NCBI GenBank assembly: GCA_002335385.1
Contig: DCVK01000023.1
Span: 1,531-65,530, forward strand
DNA from: Candidatus Aminicenantes bacterium UBA2190
GTDB taxonomy: Bacteria > Acidobacteriota > Aminicenantia > UBA2199
DNA length: 64,000 nt
Direction of reading: 5' to 3'
Part shown: positions 1 to 8,900 of the stretch, in pieces
How positions within the stretch are numbered: the stretch's first letter is position 1
Layout of the letters: the number at the start of each line of letters is the position of its first letter
Notes under the pieces: generated by a model
What the model was told of the DNA's origin: nothing
Databases searched by the model: none
The model's input: only the letters and a program-made list of their open reading frames with translations
Program-made: the position numbers and the translations under genes

Positions 1-2
1 AA

Positions 3-950
3 GTGGGCCGGCTGCCGCAGGACCCCGGCGAGCGCCTGCCGGCGCTGATCGCCGCCGGCGTCGTCCCCGCCTATTTCGCCGCCATCCCCGTACGCCTGAA
101 GGAACTGCCCGCGGCCGTTGCCGGGAAGAGCGTAAGGCAGCCAGGGGACGCCGTGGTCATGGCCGGCGGCACCGATCTCTACGTGCAGCGCGGCCCCGGG
201 CTCGCCGGCAAGGAACTGGACCTGATGTCGCGCCGTGAGGGGTTCGCCGCCATCTGGCCCGAAGCCGAGCGCATCTTCATTGGCGCCGCCGCCACCGTCT
301 CCGACCTGATGGAATCACGGCTGCTGGCTGCCGCCTTCCCGCCGCTGGCCGGCTTCCTGCGCCAGGTCTCCGCCACCCAGGTGCGCAACCGCGCCACCGT
401 CGGCGGCAACATCGTCAATGCCTCGCCCATCGGCGACCTGAGCGTCATCCTCCTGGCCCTCGATGCCGCCATCGGCCTGCGCCGGGATGCCGCGACCCGG
501 GAGCGGAAACTGAGCGAGTTCTTCCTGGGCTACAAGAAGACGGACCTGCAGCCGGGCGAATTGGCGGCCTGGGTGAGCGTGCCGCTGTGCCGCGACGGCA
601 TCCTGTTCCATTTCGAGAAAGTCGCCCGCCGCAAGCGCCAGGACATTGCCTCGGTGAATTCGGCCATCGGCCTGGAGATGGACGGGGAGCGCATTGCCGC
701 GGCCCATGTTTCGGCGGGCGGGGTGGCGCCGGTGCCGCTTTATTTGCGGGCAGCGTCGGCCTTTCTCGCCGGCCGGCAGGTCTCGGCAGAGACCGTCAGG
801 GAATTTATTGCCGTCGCCGGGTCGGAGACCGCCCCCATCAGCGATGTGCGCGGCGCCGCCGTCTACAAACAGGCGCTGCTGGGCCGCCTGCTCTTCGCCC
901 ATTTCCTGGAGCTTTTCCCGGGGAAGCTGCAGGCCGGAGACCTGCCGTGA
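3..950 (+). CDS. xdhA: Xanthine dehydrogenase small subunit, FAD-binding (CO-dehydrogenase flavoprotein-like) part. The 5' end is almost certainly cut by the window edge, with the FeS domains expected upstream.
   Basis: The reading frame is open to the window start. It carries the AGGTDLYVQ FAD motif, VGGNIVNASPIGD, and a C-terminal CODH-flavoprotein-like segment (ISDVRGAAVYK). Its stop overlaps the GTG start of the next gene (GTGA at 947-950). Confidence 0.8.
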   Translation: MGRLPQDPGERLPALIAAGVVPAYFAAIPVRLKELPAAVAGKSVRQPGDAVVMAGGTDLYVQRGPGLAGKELDLMSRREGFAAIWPEAERIFIGAAATVSDLMESRLLAAAFPPLAGFLRQVSATQVRNRATVGGNIVNASPIGDLSVILLALDAAIGLRRDAATRERKLSEFFLGYKKTDLQPGELAAWVSVPLCRDGILFHFEKVARRKRQDIASVNSAIGLEMDGERIAAAHVSAGGVAPVPLYLRAASAFLAGRQVSAETVREFIAVAGSETAPISDVRGAAVYKQALLGRLLFAHFLELFPGKLQAGDLP

Positions 951-3202
951 AGCAGAACGACGTTTTTTTCCACCCGCGCGGCGAGACGCTCTACGTCGAC
1001 GATCTCGACGCCTTTCCCGGCCTGCTCCATGCCGCCGTGCTGACATCGCCGGTCGCCCACGGCCGCATCGTGAAGCTGGAGGTCGACAGGGCGGGAACGG
1101 CTCCGGGTGTGGCCGGAATATTCACTGCCGCCGAGATCCCCGGCCAGAACCAGGTCGGCGGCATCATCATGGACGAACCGCTGCTGGCCGACGGGGAAGT
1201 CCATTACGCCGGCCAGCCGGTCGCCTGCGTAGTGGCCGATACGCCGTGGCAGGCCCGGCAGGCCCTGGCGGCCGTGCGTCTCGAGGTCGAGGCGTTGCCG
1301 CCGGTGCTGGATCCGCGCCAGGCGGCGGCCCGGGGGCTGCTGATCGCGCCGCCGCGCACCTTCGCTATCGGCGATGTTGAGGCGGCCTGGCCGTCCTGCG
1401 CCCATGTGCTTGAAGGCCGCGTCGATTCGGGCGGCCAGGAGCACCTTTACCTGGAGACCCAGGCTGCCGTCGCCGTCCCCGGCGAAAAGGATACCCTGCG
1501 GGTGATCTCGGCCACCCAGTCGCCGAGCGGCGTGCAGCGCGTCGTCGCCCGCGTGCTGGGGATGCCCATGAACCGGGTTGCGGTCGAGGTGTTCCGCCTG
1601 GGCGGAGCCTTCGGCGGCAAGGAAGACCAGGCCACGCCCTGGGCAGCGCTGGCCGCCCTGGCGGCGCGCGCCCTGCGCCGCCCGGTCAAGCTGGTGCTGG
1701 AGCGGCGCGAGGACATGCGCTGTACCGGCAAGCGCCACCCCTATTCCTCGGACTTCAGGATCGGCCTCGACGGTTCGGGCAGGATACTGGCTTACGAAGT
1801 GACCTATTTCCAGAACGCCGGCGCTGCCGCCGACCTCTCGACCGCCATCCTGGAACGAACCCTGTTCCACGCCGGCAGCAGCTACCGCATCCCCAACCTC
1901 AGGGCCACCGGCATCTCCTGCCGCACCAACCTGCCGCCCTTCACCGCCTTCCGCGGCTTCGGGGCGCCGCAGGCCATGTTCGTCCTGGAGGCGGCCCTGT
2001 TCCAGGCCGCGGAGAAGATGGGCCTCGATCCCGCCGAGCTGCAACGGCGCAACCTGCTGGCAGAGGACGACGAGCTCCCATTCGGCCAGCGGGTGAAGGA
2101 GTGCCGCGCCCGGCGCTGCTTTGACGAGGCGGTCGCGGCGTTCGGTCTGGAGGCGGCGCGCGAGCGGGTGCACGCCTTCAATGCGGCCAACCCGCTGTGC
2201 AAGAAGGGGCTGGCGCTGATGCCGGTTTGCTTCGGTATCTCGTTCACCAGCACCCACCTGAACCAGGCCGGCGCCCTGGTCCATGTCTATACCGACGGCA
2301 GCGTCTCGGTCTCGACCGGCGCCGTGGAGATGGGACAGGGGGTGAACAGCAAGATCCTGCTGGTGGCCGCCCGCACCCTGGGCGTCGCCGGCCGCCGCCT
2401 GCGCCTGGAGAGCACCTGCACCCAGCGCGTGGCCAATACCTCGCCGACGGCCGCCTCCACCGGCGCCGACCTCAACGGCAAGGCGGTGGAGCTGGCCTGC
2501 CAGGAGATCCGCCGCCGTTTGCTGGATGTCGCGGCCACGGCCCTGTCCGCCGACAGCGTCGCGGCCTTGGATATCCGGCAAGATACGGTTTTCAGCAATG
2601 GGCAGAAGACCGATTTGGGCTGGGAGGAGCTGGTGCGGGCCGCCTATATGGCGCGGGTGAACCTCTCGTCCCAGGCGCATTACGCCACGCCCGGGATCCA
2701 TTTCGACCGCGCGACGGAGAAAGGCGAGCCCTTCGCCTACCACGTCTACGGCACCGCCCTGGTCGAGGCCACCATCGACGGCCTGCGCGGCACCGCCGCG
2801 ATCGACTCGCTGCGCGCCGTCCACGACGCCGGCAGCAGCCTCAACCCGCTGGTCGACCGCGGCCAGGCCGAGGGGGGCATCGTGCAGGGCATCGGCTGGA
2901 TGACGCTGGAGGAACTGCTGTATTCGCAAGAGGGGCGGCTGCTGACCGACACCCTCTCCACCTACAAGGTGCCCGACATCCGTACCGCCCCCGCAGAGAT
3001 CGAGGTGCGCTTCCTGGCGGCTGCGCCGAACCCGGCCGCGCTCTTCAACTCCAAGGCTGTCGGCGAACCCCCCTTCATGTACGGCATCGGCGCCTTCTTC
3101 GCCCTGCTCGCCGCCCTGCGCGCCTTGCGGCCGGAGAAGCCCCTGCCGTTCGCCGCGCCGCTGACCCACGAGAAGATCCTGACCTGGCTCACGGAAGACT
3201 AA
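947..3202 (+). CDS. xdhB: Xanthine dehydrogenase molybdopterin-binding large subunit
   Basis: Carries the family motifs GGQEHLYLETQ, GGAFGGKE and TAFRGFGAPQ and is about 750 aa. I chose the in-frame GTG at 947, which is translationally coupled to xdhA. The longer track ORF from 587 overlaps xdhA and its N-terminus is low-complexity R/P/G. Confidence 0.9.
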   Translation: MKQNDVFFHPRGETLYVDDLDAFPGLLHAAVLTSPVAHGRIVKLEVDRAGTAPGVAGIFTAAEIPGQNQVGGIIMDEPLLADGEVHYAGQPVACVVADTPWQARQALAAVRLEVEALPPVLDPRQAAARGLLIAPPRTFAIGDVEAAWPSCAHVLEGRVDSGGQEHLYLETQAAVAVPGEKDTLRVISATQSPSGVQRVVARVLGMPMNRVAVEVFRLGGAFGGKEDQATPWAALAALAARALRRPVKLVLERREDMRCTGKRHPYSSDFRIGLDGSGRILAYEVTYFQNAGAAADLSTAILERTLFHAGSSYRIPNLRATGISCRTNLPPFTAFRGFGAPQAMFVLEAALFQAAEKMGLDPAELQRRNLLAEDDELPFGQRVKECRARRCFDEAVAAFGLEAARERVHAFNAANPLCKKGLALMPVCFGISFTSTHLNQAGALVHVYTDGSVSVSTGAVEMGQGVNSKILLVAARTLGVAGRRLRLESTCTQRVANTSPTAASTGADLNGKAVELACQEIRRRLLDVAATALSADSVAALDIRQDTVFSNGQKTDLGWEELVRAAYMARVNLSSQAHYATPGIHFDRATEKGEPFAYHVYGTALVEATIDGLRGTAAIDSLRAVHDAGSSLNPLVDRGQAEGGIVQGIGWMTLEELLYSQEGRLLTDTLSTYKVPDIRTAPAEIEVRFLAAAPNPAALFNSKAVGEPPFMYGIGAFFALLAALRALRPEKPLPFAAPLTHEKILTWLTED

Positions 3203-3211
3203 GGAGACCCC

Positions 3212-4402
3212 ATGGACAAGACCGCCGAAAAAGTGCAGGCGCTGGCCGAAAAATACCGCGACGACACCGCCGCCAATCTCTCGCGCCTGGTGCGCATCCG
3301 TTCCCTGTCGGCTGGGGAGAAGGAGATGGCCGCCGAGCTCAAGCGGCAGATGGAGGCGGCGGGCTTCGACAGCGTGCGCCTCGACGGCCTGGGCAGCGTC
3401 CATGGCCGGGTCGGCCGGGGCCGGCGGCTGATCGCCGTCGACGCCCACATCGACACCGTCGACCAGGGCAACCTGGAGAACTGGGAGGGCGATCCCTTCT
3501 CGGGCAGGATCGCCGCCGGCTGCGTCCATGGCCGCGGCAGCGTCGACCAGAAGGGCGGGGCGGCGGCCATGGTCACCGCCGGCCGCATCCTGAAGGAATT
3601 GGGCCTGGAGAACGACTTCACGGTCCTCTTCACCGGCACGGTGATGGAGGAGGACTGCGACGGGTTGTGCTGGAAGTACATCATCGAGGAGGAGAAGGTC
3701 AGGCCCGAGCTGGTGATCCTCACCGAGCCGACGGCGCTGGGCATCTATCGCGGCCATCGCGGCCGCCTGGAAATGCGCGTCTCCTTCCAGGGGCTTTCTG
3801 CCCACGGCTCGGCCCCCGAGCGCGGCAGGAACGCCATTTACCTGGCTTCCCGAGCCTGCCTGGCGGTCGAGAAGCTGAATGAGCGGCTGGGCCATGACGA
3901 TTTCCTGGGCAAGGGCTCGGTCACGGTCAGCGAGATCGTCTCCGGTTCGCCCTCGCTCTGCGCCGTCGCCGACTTCGCGCGCATCCACCTCGACCGCCGG
4001 CTCACCGCCGGCGAGACGAAGGAGAGCGCAGTCACCGAAATACGGGAGCTCGTGCAGGGGCTGCCGGCCACCGTCGAGGTATTGCAGTACCGGGAGAAGG
4101 CTTATACGGGGCTGGAATACGGCATGGAGAAATTTTATCCCACCTGGACGCTGCAGGAGGGCCACCCGGCCGTCGCCCGTGCCGCGGACGTCTTCCGCTC
4201 GCTTTTCAACCGGGAGCCGTGTATTGACAAGTGGACCTTCTCCACCAACGGCGTGGCCATCATGGGCCTGCACGGCATTCCCTGCGTCGGCTTCGGCCCC
4301 GGCGACGAGGTCGCCGCCCACGCGGCGAACGAGAAAGTGGCCGTCGACGACCTAGTCAAGGCCTCGGCGTTCTATGCCATGTACGCGCTGAGCATGAAGT
4401 GA
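3212..4402 (+). CDS. ygeY: YgeY-type M20 family metallohydrolase (putative selenium-metabolism hydrolase family)
   Basis: Shows strong motif agreement with YgeY/M20 proteins: DAHIDTV, GRGSVDQKGG, EEDCDGLCWKYIIEE, HGSAPERG, KWTFSTNG. GGAG lies just upstream of the ATG, 9 nt after the xdhB stop. Confidence 0.8.
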   Translation: MDKTAEKVQALAEKYRDDTAANLSRLVRIRSLSAGEKEMAAELKRQMEAAGFDSVRLDGLGSVHGRVGRGRRLIAVDAHIDTVDQGNLENWEGDPFSGRIAAGCVHGRGSVDQKGGAAAMVTAGRILKELGLENDFTVLFTGTVMEEDCDGLCWKYIIEEEKVRPELVILTEPTALGIYRGHRGRLEMRVSFQGLSAHGSAPERGRNAIYLASRACLAVEKLNERLGHDDFLGKGSVTVSEIVSGSPSLCAVADFARIHLDRRLTAGETKESAVTEIRELVQGLPATVEVLQYREKAYTGLEYGMEKFYPTWTLQEGHPAVARAADVFRSLFNREPCIDKWTFSTNGVAIMGLHGIPCVGFGPGDEVAAHAANEKVAVDDLVKASAFYAMYALSMK

Positions 4403-4588
4403 GCCCGGCGCATGGCGTGAGGCGCAAGGCGTAAGGAAAGAAAAGAAGCACGGCGCCCGGCGGATGGCAACAGCGCCAGGCCGCTCTGTCGTAATTAGTG
4501 ATTCAAAGCAGCAGGATATCGATCCGTGCTGCTCCTCGCACGATCACCAGCACTTGCACCTAGAGTTCGTTTTTTTTCCCAGTCTATT

Positions 4589-5095
4589 TCAGTTCTGTTC
4601 CGAGTTCTCTTCCTCTCCAACAGGCTCCTCCTCGGCGGGCGGTGCGGGCTTGGCCGGTTCGGCGGTTTCGGCCCCGACGCAGGGGATGATGTACCTGGCC
4701 CGGATTCCCGAGTAGGGCCTGGTGTAGGCGCCGCTCTCCACGATGATCACGAGCGTGTTCGCTTCCTCGTCGCGGTTGATGCAAAGTCGCGGCGCGTTGC
4801 ATACCTGTGATTTTTCGGTGTAAGGATAGTTTTCCCCCTGCACCAGGTGCAGGATCTTCCCCTTTTTCATGATTCTGAGGTAGTAGGCCTTAGTGTTGGG
4901 CACGCGCAGGAATTCCAGGTCGTATGTTCCCTGGGTCAGCACGTCCTTCTTGAACTGCAGGTCGGCCTGGATCGGCACGCCGCGGAAGTGGGCGATGCGG
5001 TTCATCTGGTTGATCTGGGCCGCAAGCGAGCCGGCGAGGAAAAGTGCAAGAACCAAGGCCAGGACATGGACGGCATTCATCCTTTTTCTCATCAT
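4589..5095 (-). CDS. Small secreted protein of unknown function with an acidic/proline-rich C-terminal tail
   Basis: The start was moved to the ATGATG at 5095, preceded by AAGGAGG. It has a signal peptide (MMRKRMNAVHVLALVLALFLAGSLAAQ) and I recognise no family. Confidence 0.6.
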   Translation of the reverse strand: MMRKRMNAVHVLALVLALFLAGSLAAQINQMNRIAHFRGVPIQADLQFKKDVLTQGTYDLEFLRVPNTKAYYLRIMKKGKILHLVQGENYPYTEKSQVCNAPRLCINRDEEANTLVIIVESGAYTRPYSGIRARYIIPCVGAETAEPAKPAPPAEEEPVGEEENSEQN

Positions 5096-5508
5096 ATACC
5101 CCTCCTTAGCTTGGACCAAGACATGTATTTCTCTCCCTGCAACAGTTATATCGTTAAATTTATTGGCGACAATATAAAAAAAATGATTTCGCGGCTGCTG
5201 TTTGGTAGCGGTTATGCTGGCAAGGGCGCGGAAAGGCAAAGGTTGAATGGACAGGCTGTCGGCACGCTGTTCGAGCCGCTTCTGCGCCGCTGGGGGAGGG
5301 AGGGCAAATTGAGCAGCCTGGAGAAGCTTGGCTCAGGTGAACGGTTCAATGTGCAAGGTGGGAAAAGCCAGGGCATCCCGGTCTGTCCCGCTATTTTGGC
5401 TGTTTTAGCCGTTGGCCGGAGTATTCCAAATCGCTTGCTGATGTGTCTTTGGTCACTTGGAGCATGCTCCTTGTATTTGCAGGTTTTCTGTGATAATCAA
5501 CTGACATT

Positions 5509-6048
5509 ATGGCTAATTACAACTCGGAGCAAACGAAGCGCATGCAGGAAGTGCACGGCTCTCCGCTGGCGTCGTTCTGGCGCCGGGCGGCGGCCTTCCT
5601 GATGGACATTGTCGTCATGTCCCTGCTGTTCGTCGCCATAGGCTCGCTGCTCGAGCCCTTCCTGAGCAGATACGGCTGGATGATGCGTTCCAGCGAGGGG
5701 CTGGTCTTCGCCCTGAACGCCAACTGGTACAGCATCGCCTGGGTGGTCGTCTATTTCGGGCTGGCCACCTATTTCGGCCGCGGCAAAACGCCGGGCAAAA
5801 CGCTGCTCGGCATCCGCGTCGTCTCGCTGACCCACGAGCGGCTTTCGCTCTGGCACTCGCTCGAGCGCGCCCTGGGCTACGGCGCCTCCATGCTCGAGTT
5901 CGGCTTCGGCTTCATCCAGTATTTCATCCACCCCAACCGGCGCACGGTGCACGACCGCATCGCCGAGACCATCGTCATCCGCGCCCCCCGCCGAAAGAAG
6001 GCCAAGGCATTTGCAGGATCGAAGAAAAGGGCGACTCGTGGCGCGTAA
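5509..6048 (+). CDS. RDD family membrane protein
   Basis: Shows RDD-type architecture: FWRRAAAFLMDIVV, GKTPGKTLLGIRVV, RRTVHDRIAETIV, and three predicted TM helices. Confidence 0.7.
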   Translation: MANYNSEQTKRMQEVHGSPLASFWRRAAAFLMDIVVMSLLFVAIGSLLEPFLSRYGWMMRSSEGLVFALNANWYSIAWVVVYFGLATYFGRGKTPGKTLLGIRVVSLTHERLSLWHSLERALGYGASMLEFGFGFIQYFIHPNRRTVHDRIAETIVIRAPRRKKAKAFAGSKKRATRGA

Positions 6049-6078
6049 CTCGTCACGACAGGTCGGGAAGATCAGCGA

Positions 6079-6951
6079 ATGAGCGAAACGATTCTTGACT
6101 GCTCCCGGCAGCCTGAAGCGGTCATCGCGTCGCTGCAGAACGACAGATTGCCGCATGGCTGGGTGAGTTGCCTGCAGGAGCGCGGCTTTCAATTGAGCAT
6201 AAAGGATGAAAGGGGCCGCCTGGAGATCAGCGGATCGCTCGCGCCCCATCTCGCCGGCAGCCGGATCGTCTTCCGTTCCCGGCGCATCCTCGGGACCTAC
6301 GATTTCGTCTTCGCGTTCATATGGCTGATCGGCTTGCTGGCCATCTTCTCCCCCGTGTTGAAGCCGGGCGAACTGACGGCCGGGCGCTTGTTCATCCTGC
6401 TCTTTTTTCTGGCCGTTCCCTGGGCCGTCAACATGGGGAACCAGCGCGCGGTGCTGCGCGAGTTCGCAAGGATCTGTTCCGGCGGCGAAAGCCCGGGGCG
6501 ATCGAAGAAAAATGCGTCGCCGCATGCGCCATCGGACGATATCGACCGGATGAAAGCGGGGATCGTTCTCGACAGTCCGCTCGGCCCCAGCCAGATTGTC
6601 GAGCGCCTGAAAGCCTCCGCGTCCAGGTCCTGGCCGCTCATTTTCGACGGTCGCGCATTTTTCATGCTGTTACCGGCCGTCAAGGTGCTGGGCAAGGTCG
6701 AAGCCGCCCGCATGGGCAGCAGGGTCCCGCTCGTTTTTGCCCTCTCACGCTCCAACCAGTTGCTGCTGTCGCTCTGGTCGATCTTCGTGATCATCATGAT
6801 CGCCAGCCTTTTTTTCGTGCCGGATCTCATTGAAGGGGGCCCGTCGGCATTCAATCTCTCGGTCTCGGCGATCATGCTGCTCGGCCCCTGGGTCAACCTG
6901 CTCTGGCAGCGCCGGCGCACGATCCGCAAGATCAAGAAGGTCATGGGCTAG
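6079..6951 (+). CDS. Membrane protein of unknown function; appears to be an internal duplication of a soluble module plus two TM helices
   Basis: A 290-aa ORF on the same strand, 30 nt after the RDD gene. It has two hydrophobic helix pairs (FVFAFIWLIGLLAIF.../LLLSLWSIFVIIMIASLFF...). Confidence 0.5.
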   Translation: MSETILDCSRQPEAVIASLQNDRLPHGWVSCLQERGFQLSIKDERGRLEISGSLAPHLAGSRIVFRSRRILGTYDFVFAFIWLIGLLAIFSPVLKPGELTAGRLFILLFFLAVPWAVNMGNQRAVLREFARICSGGESPGRSKKNASPHAPSDDIDRMKAGIVLDSPLGPSQIVERLKASASRSWPLIFDGRAFFMLLPAVKVLGKVEAARMGSRVPLVFALSRSNQLLLSLWSIFVIIMIASLFFVPDLIEGGPSAFNLSVSAIMLLGPWVNLLWQRRRTIRKIKKVMG

Positions 6952-7068
6952 ACCCAAACGACTGGAAAGGGAGCGGCCTTCGGCGAGCGGCAAAAGGACG
7001 ATCAATCGTTATGCGTCGGGTGCCACCCGTCACGACAGATCAACTTCCTGCCGATGCGCCGGCCGCAT

Positions 7069-7278
7069 TCAGTCGACGGCCACCATGACCGACGAGGATT
7101 TGATGATGGCGTAGGCGGTCTTGCCCTTCTTGAGCTGCAGCGTCTCCTCCGATTCCTTGGATATCATGGCGACCACCTGCAGGCCGCCGGGGATTTCGAT
7201 GATCACTTCGGTATTGAGCCTTCCCGGCCGCACATCGGCCACCTTGCCCTTGAACACGTTCCTGGCGCTGATCTTCAT
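7069..7278 (-). CDS. mop: Molybdenum-pterin-binding protein, single TOBE domain (Mop)
   Basis: At 69 aa it is typical Mop/TOBE: MKISARNVFKGKV...EVIIEIPGG..VVAMISKES...LKKGKTAYAIIKSSSVMVA. GGGGAGG lies upstream of the ATG. Confidence 0.85.
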   Translation of the reverse strand: MKISARNVFKGKVADVRPGRLNTEVIIEIPGGLQVVAMISKESEETLQLKKGKTAYAIIKSSSVMVAVD

Positions 7279-7313
7279 TGTTGCCTCCCCCGGCAGGATG
7301 CCTGCCTGGCGCC

Positions 7314-7322
7314 ATTATACCA
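7314..7322 (-). promoter_or_regulatory. Candidate extended -10 promoter element (TGgTATAAT) for mop
   Basis: The minus strand reads TGGTATAAT 36 nt upstream of the mop ATG. The -35 region is weak. Confidence 0.35.
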
Positions 7323-7349
7323 TTTTCGGCGGATCCTTGCCGCGCGCTA

Positions 7350-8312
7350 TCAGCCGACCAGGGCCTGGATGACCATGACCCAGAGCGGCAGGGTGACGAA
7401 GGAGAGGAGGGTGGAGACGGCGATGATGCCGGAAAGGAGCGCCTCGTCGAGGGGGACGTACTCCCCGAAGAAAGTGGCCATGGTGGCCGTTGGCATCACC
7501 GCCTGCAGCAGGATCACGCGGCGGCTGATGGCGTCGACTTCGAACAGCAGGCAGATCGCGGCCACGGTCGCCAGCCCCAGGGCGAAGCCGCCGGCCAGGC
7601 GGAAGAAGGAGGCGGCCAGCACCAGGCGCAGCCGGGCGGCGGGCATGAGCAGGACCAGGTTCTGGCCGATGGCGAAAAGGATCAGGGGGATGGCCAGGGC
7701 GGCGAACTGGTTGATGAAGTCGTTCAGCGGCCCCGGCAGGGGCACGCGGGCTGTGTTCAGTGCCAGGGCGACGGCGGCGGTGCCGATGGGCACTCCGGCA
7801 TGGCGCAGCAGCACCTTGAAGAACCCCTCGCTTCCCCGGGGCTCGCGTTCGCAGACCAGGCAGAAGCGGCGGCGCAGCAAAAAGCCGCAGGTCAGGAACA
7901 CCGGCCAGAAGAACATGGAGAAGAAGACGGCTCGGGTGAGGGCGGCCGGCCCGAAAAATGCGGCGATCACTCCCCAGCCCAGGAAGGCGTAGTTGCCGGC
8001 GAACACCGCGAAGGCGAAGGTCAGCTTCTGGCCGTCGTCGGCCTTCACCAGCGGCGAGACCAGCAGGGCGGCGGCGGTGTACAGGGCGGTCAGGACGACG
8101 AAGCCCGCGATGACGGGCAGCGCCTGGCGCAGGCTCTCGACGTCGGCGCGGTAGAGGTTCTGGAAGACCAGGAAGGGGAGGGCGACGCGCACGACGAACT
8201 TGCGCAGGGCGGCGACCTCGTTCTCGCGGAAGACGCGGGCCTTCTTCAGCAGCCAGCCGAAGACGATGGGCAGCAGGATGGCCAGCATGGTGCGCAGCAG
8301 GTCGTGGTTCAT
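7350..8312 (-). CDS. AEC (auxin efflux carrier) family permease
   Basis: A 320-aa polytopic membrane protein with an AEC-type N-terminus (LLPIVFGWLLKKARVF...VALPFLVFQNL). Confidence 0.8.
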   Translation of the reverse strand: MNHDLLRTMLAILLPIVFGWLLKKARVFRENEVAALRKFVVRVALPFLVFQNLYRADVESLRQALPVIAGFVVLTALYTAAALLVSPLVKADDGQKLTFAFAVFAGNYAFLGWGVIAAFFGPAALTRAVFFSMFFWPVFLTCGFLLRRRFCLVCEREPRGSEGFFKVLLRHAGVPIGTAAVALALNTARVPLPGPLNDFINQFAALAIPLILFAIGQNLVLLMPAARLRLVLAASFFRLAGGFALGLATVAAICLLFEVDAISRRVILLQAVMPTATMATFFGEYVPLDEALLSGIIAVSTLLSFVTLPLWVMVIQALVG

Positions 8313-8454
8313 GGGCGTGGCGTGTTCACTCGAGGCGGATTATACCGCAGGCAGGGCGGTGGGAGCAATGGAGATGAGTGAAAAGTGAAAAAGTAGGAAG
8401 AGAAAAGCGAAAGAATGATGCCCGGCGGCGCGGGCGCGCAATCGGCCGGCGGGA

Positions 8455-8886
8455 TCAGTCTGCCTCCACGGGCAGGTTTTGGGCCATGGCGCGGTGGCAT
8501 TTCCAGGAGCCGTCACCCTGGCGGCGCAGGATGCGGAAAAGGCGCGCCCTCTCATGGATATCCGGCCCGCCGCTCTTCAGGTGACAGGTCCCGGAGAACG
8601 TGGCCCATTCAAAGGCCCAATCGCCGAGGACTTGCACCTCCTCGAAGTGATGGACGTATTCCGTTATCTCGTATTTTTGTGATTCGGAAAGTTGCTCCTG
8701 CATATGGCGGCAAATGATTTCTCGGCCACGAAGCGGCTCCCGGTCCGGCAGGAACAGGATGCCGTCGTCGGTCCATAGCGTGATCAGGGTGTGGATATCA
8801 TGGACCTTGGCCGCGGCCATGTCGGCCCGGTGCAGCTTCTCGATCGCCGCCAGGTCAGCATCCTTTCGGAATGATACCTTCGCCAT
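8455..8886 (-). CDS. SnoaL-like / DUF4440 (NTF2-fold) protein
   Basis: Shows an NTF2-like pattern (LITLWTDDGILFLPDREPLRGREI...WKCHRAM). I preferred the ATG at 8886, which has GGGGAG upstream, over the TTG at 8904. Confidence 0.6.
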   Translation of the reverse strand: MAKVSFRKDADLAAIEKLHRADMAAAKVHDIHTLITLWTDDGILFLPDREPLRGREIICRHMQEQLSESQKYEITEYVHHFEEVQVLGDWAFEWATFSGTCHLKSGGPDIHERARLFRILRRQGDGSWKCHRAMAQNLPVEAD

Positions 8887-8900
8887 GACTTCTCCCCGGA

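Noticed and set aside
587-3202. Extended 5' versions of several track ORFs (587-3202, 10306-11592, 41102-42118, 52790-54037, 55226-56440, 60427-61512, 16160-17434)
   Set aside because: The upstream extensions overlap the preceding gene and translate to low-complexity sequence. Internal starts with a Shine-Dalgarno sequence and/or stop-start overlap give products that begin where family homology begins.
863-4321. 1152-aa minus-strand ORF antisense to xdhB/ygeY. Similar very long antisense ORFs occur at 12924-14564, 15611-17575, 23646-25940, 33962-35944, 44877-46730, 47877-49409 and 50048-51907.
   Set aside because: These are typical high-GC shadow ORFs. Their translations are low-complexity (R/G/A/P/H/Q/D-rich), have no motifs, and fully overlap genes with strong family signatures on the other strand.
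4403-4588. Hairpin AGCAGCA-N13-TGCTGCT between the convergent ygeY gene and the small secreted protein gene, considered as a bidirectional terminator
   Set aside because: There is no adjacent U-tract on the plus strand. The T8 run at about 4566-4575 is not preceded by a convincing stem. Too weak to call.
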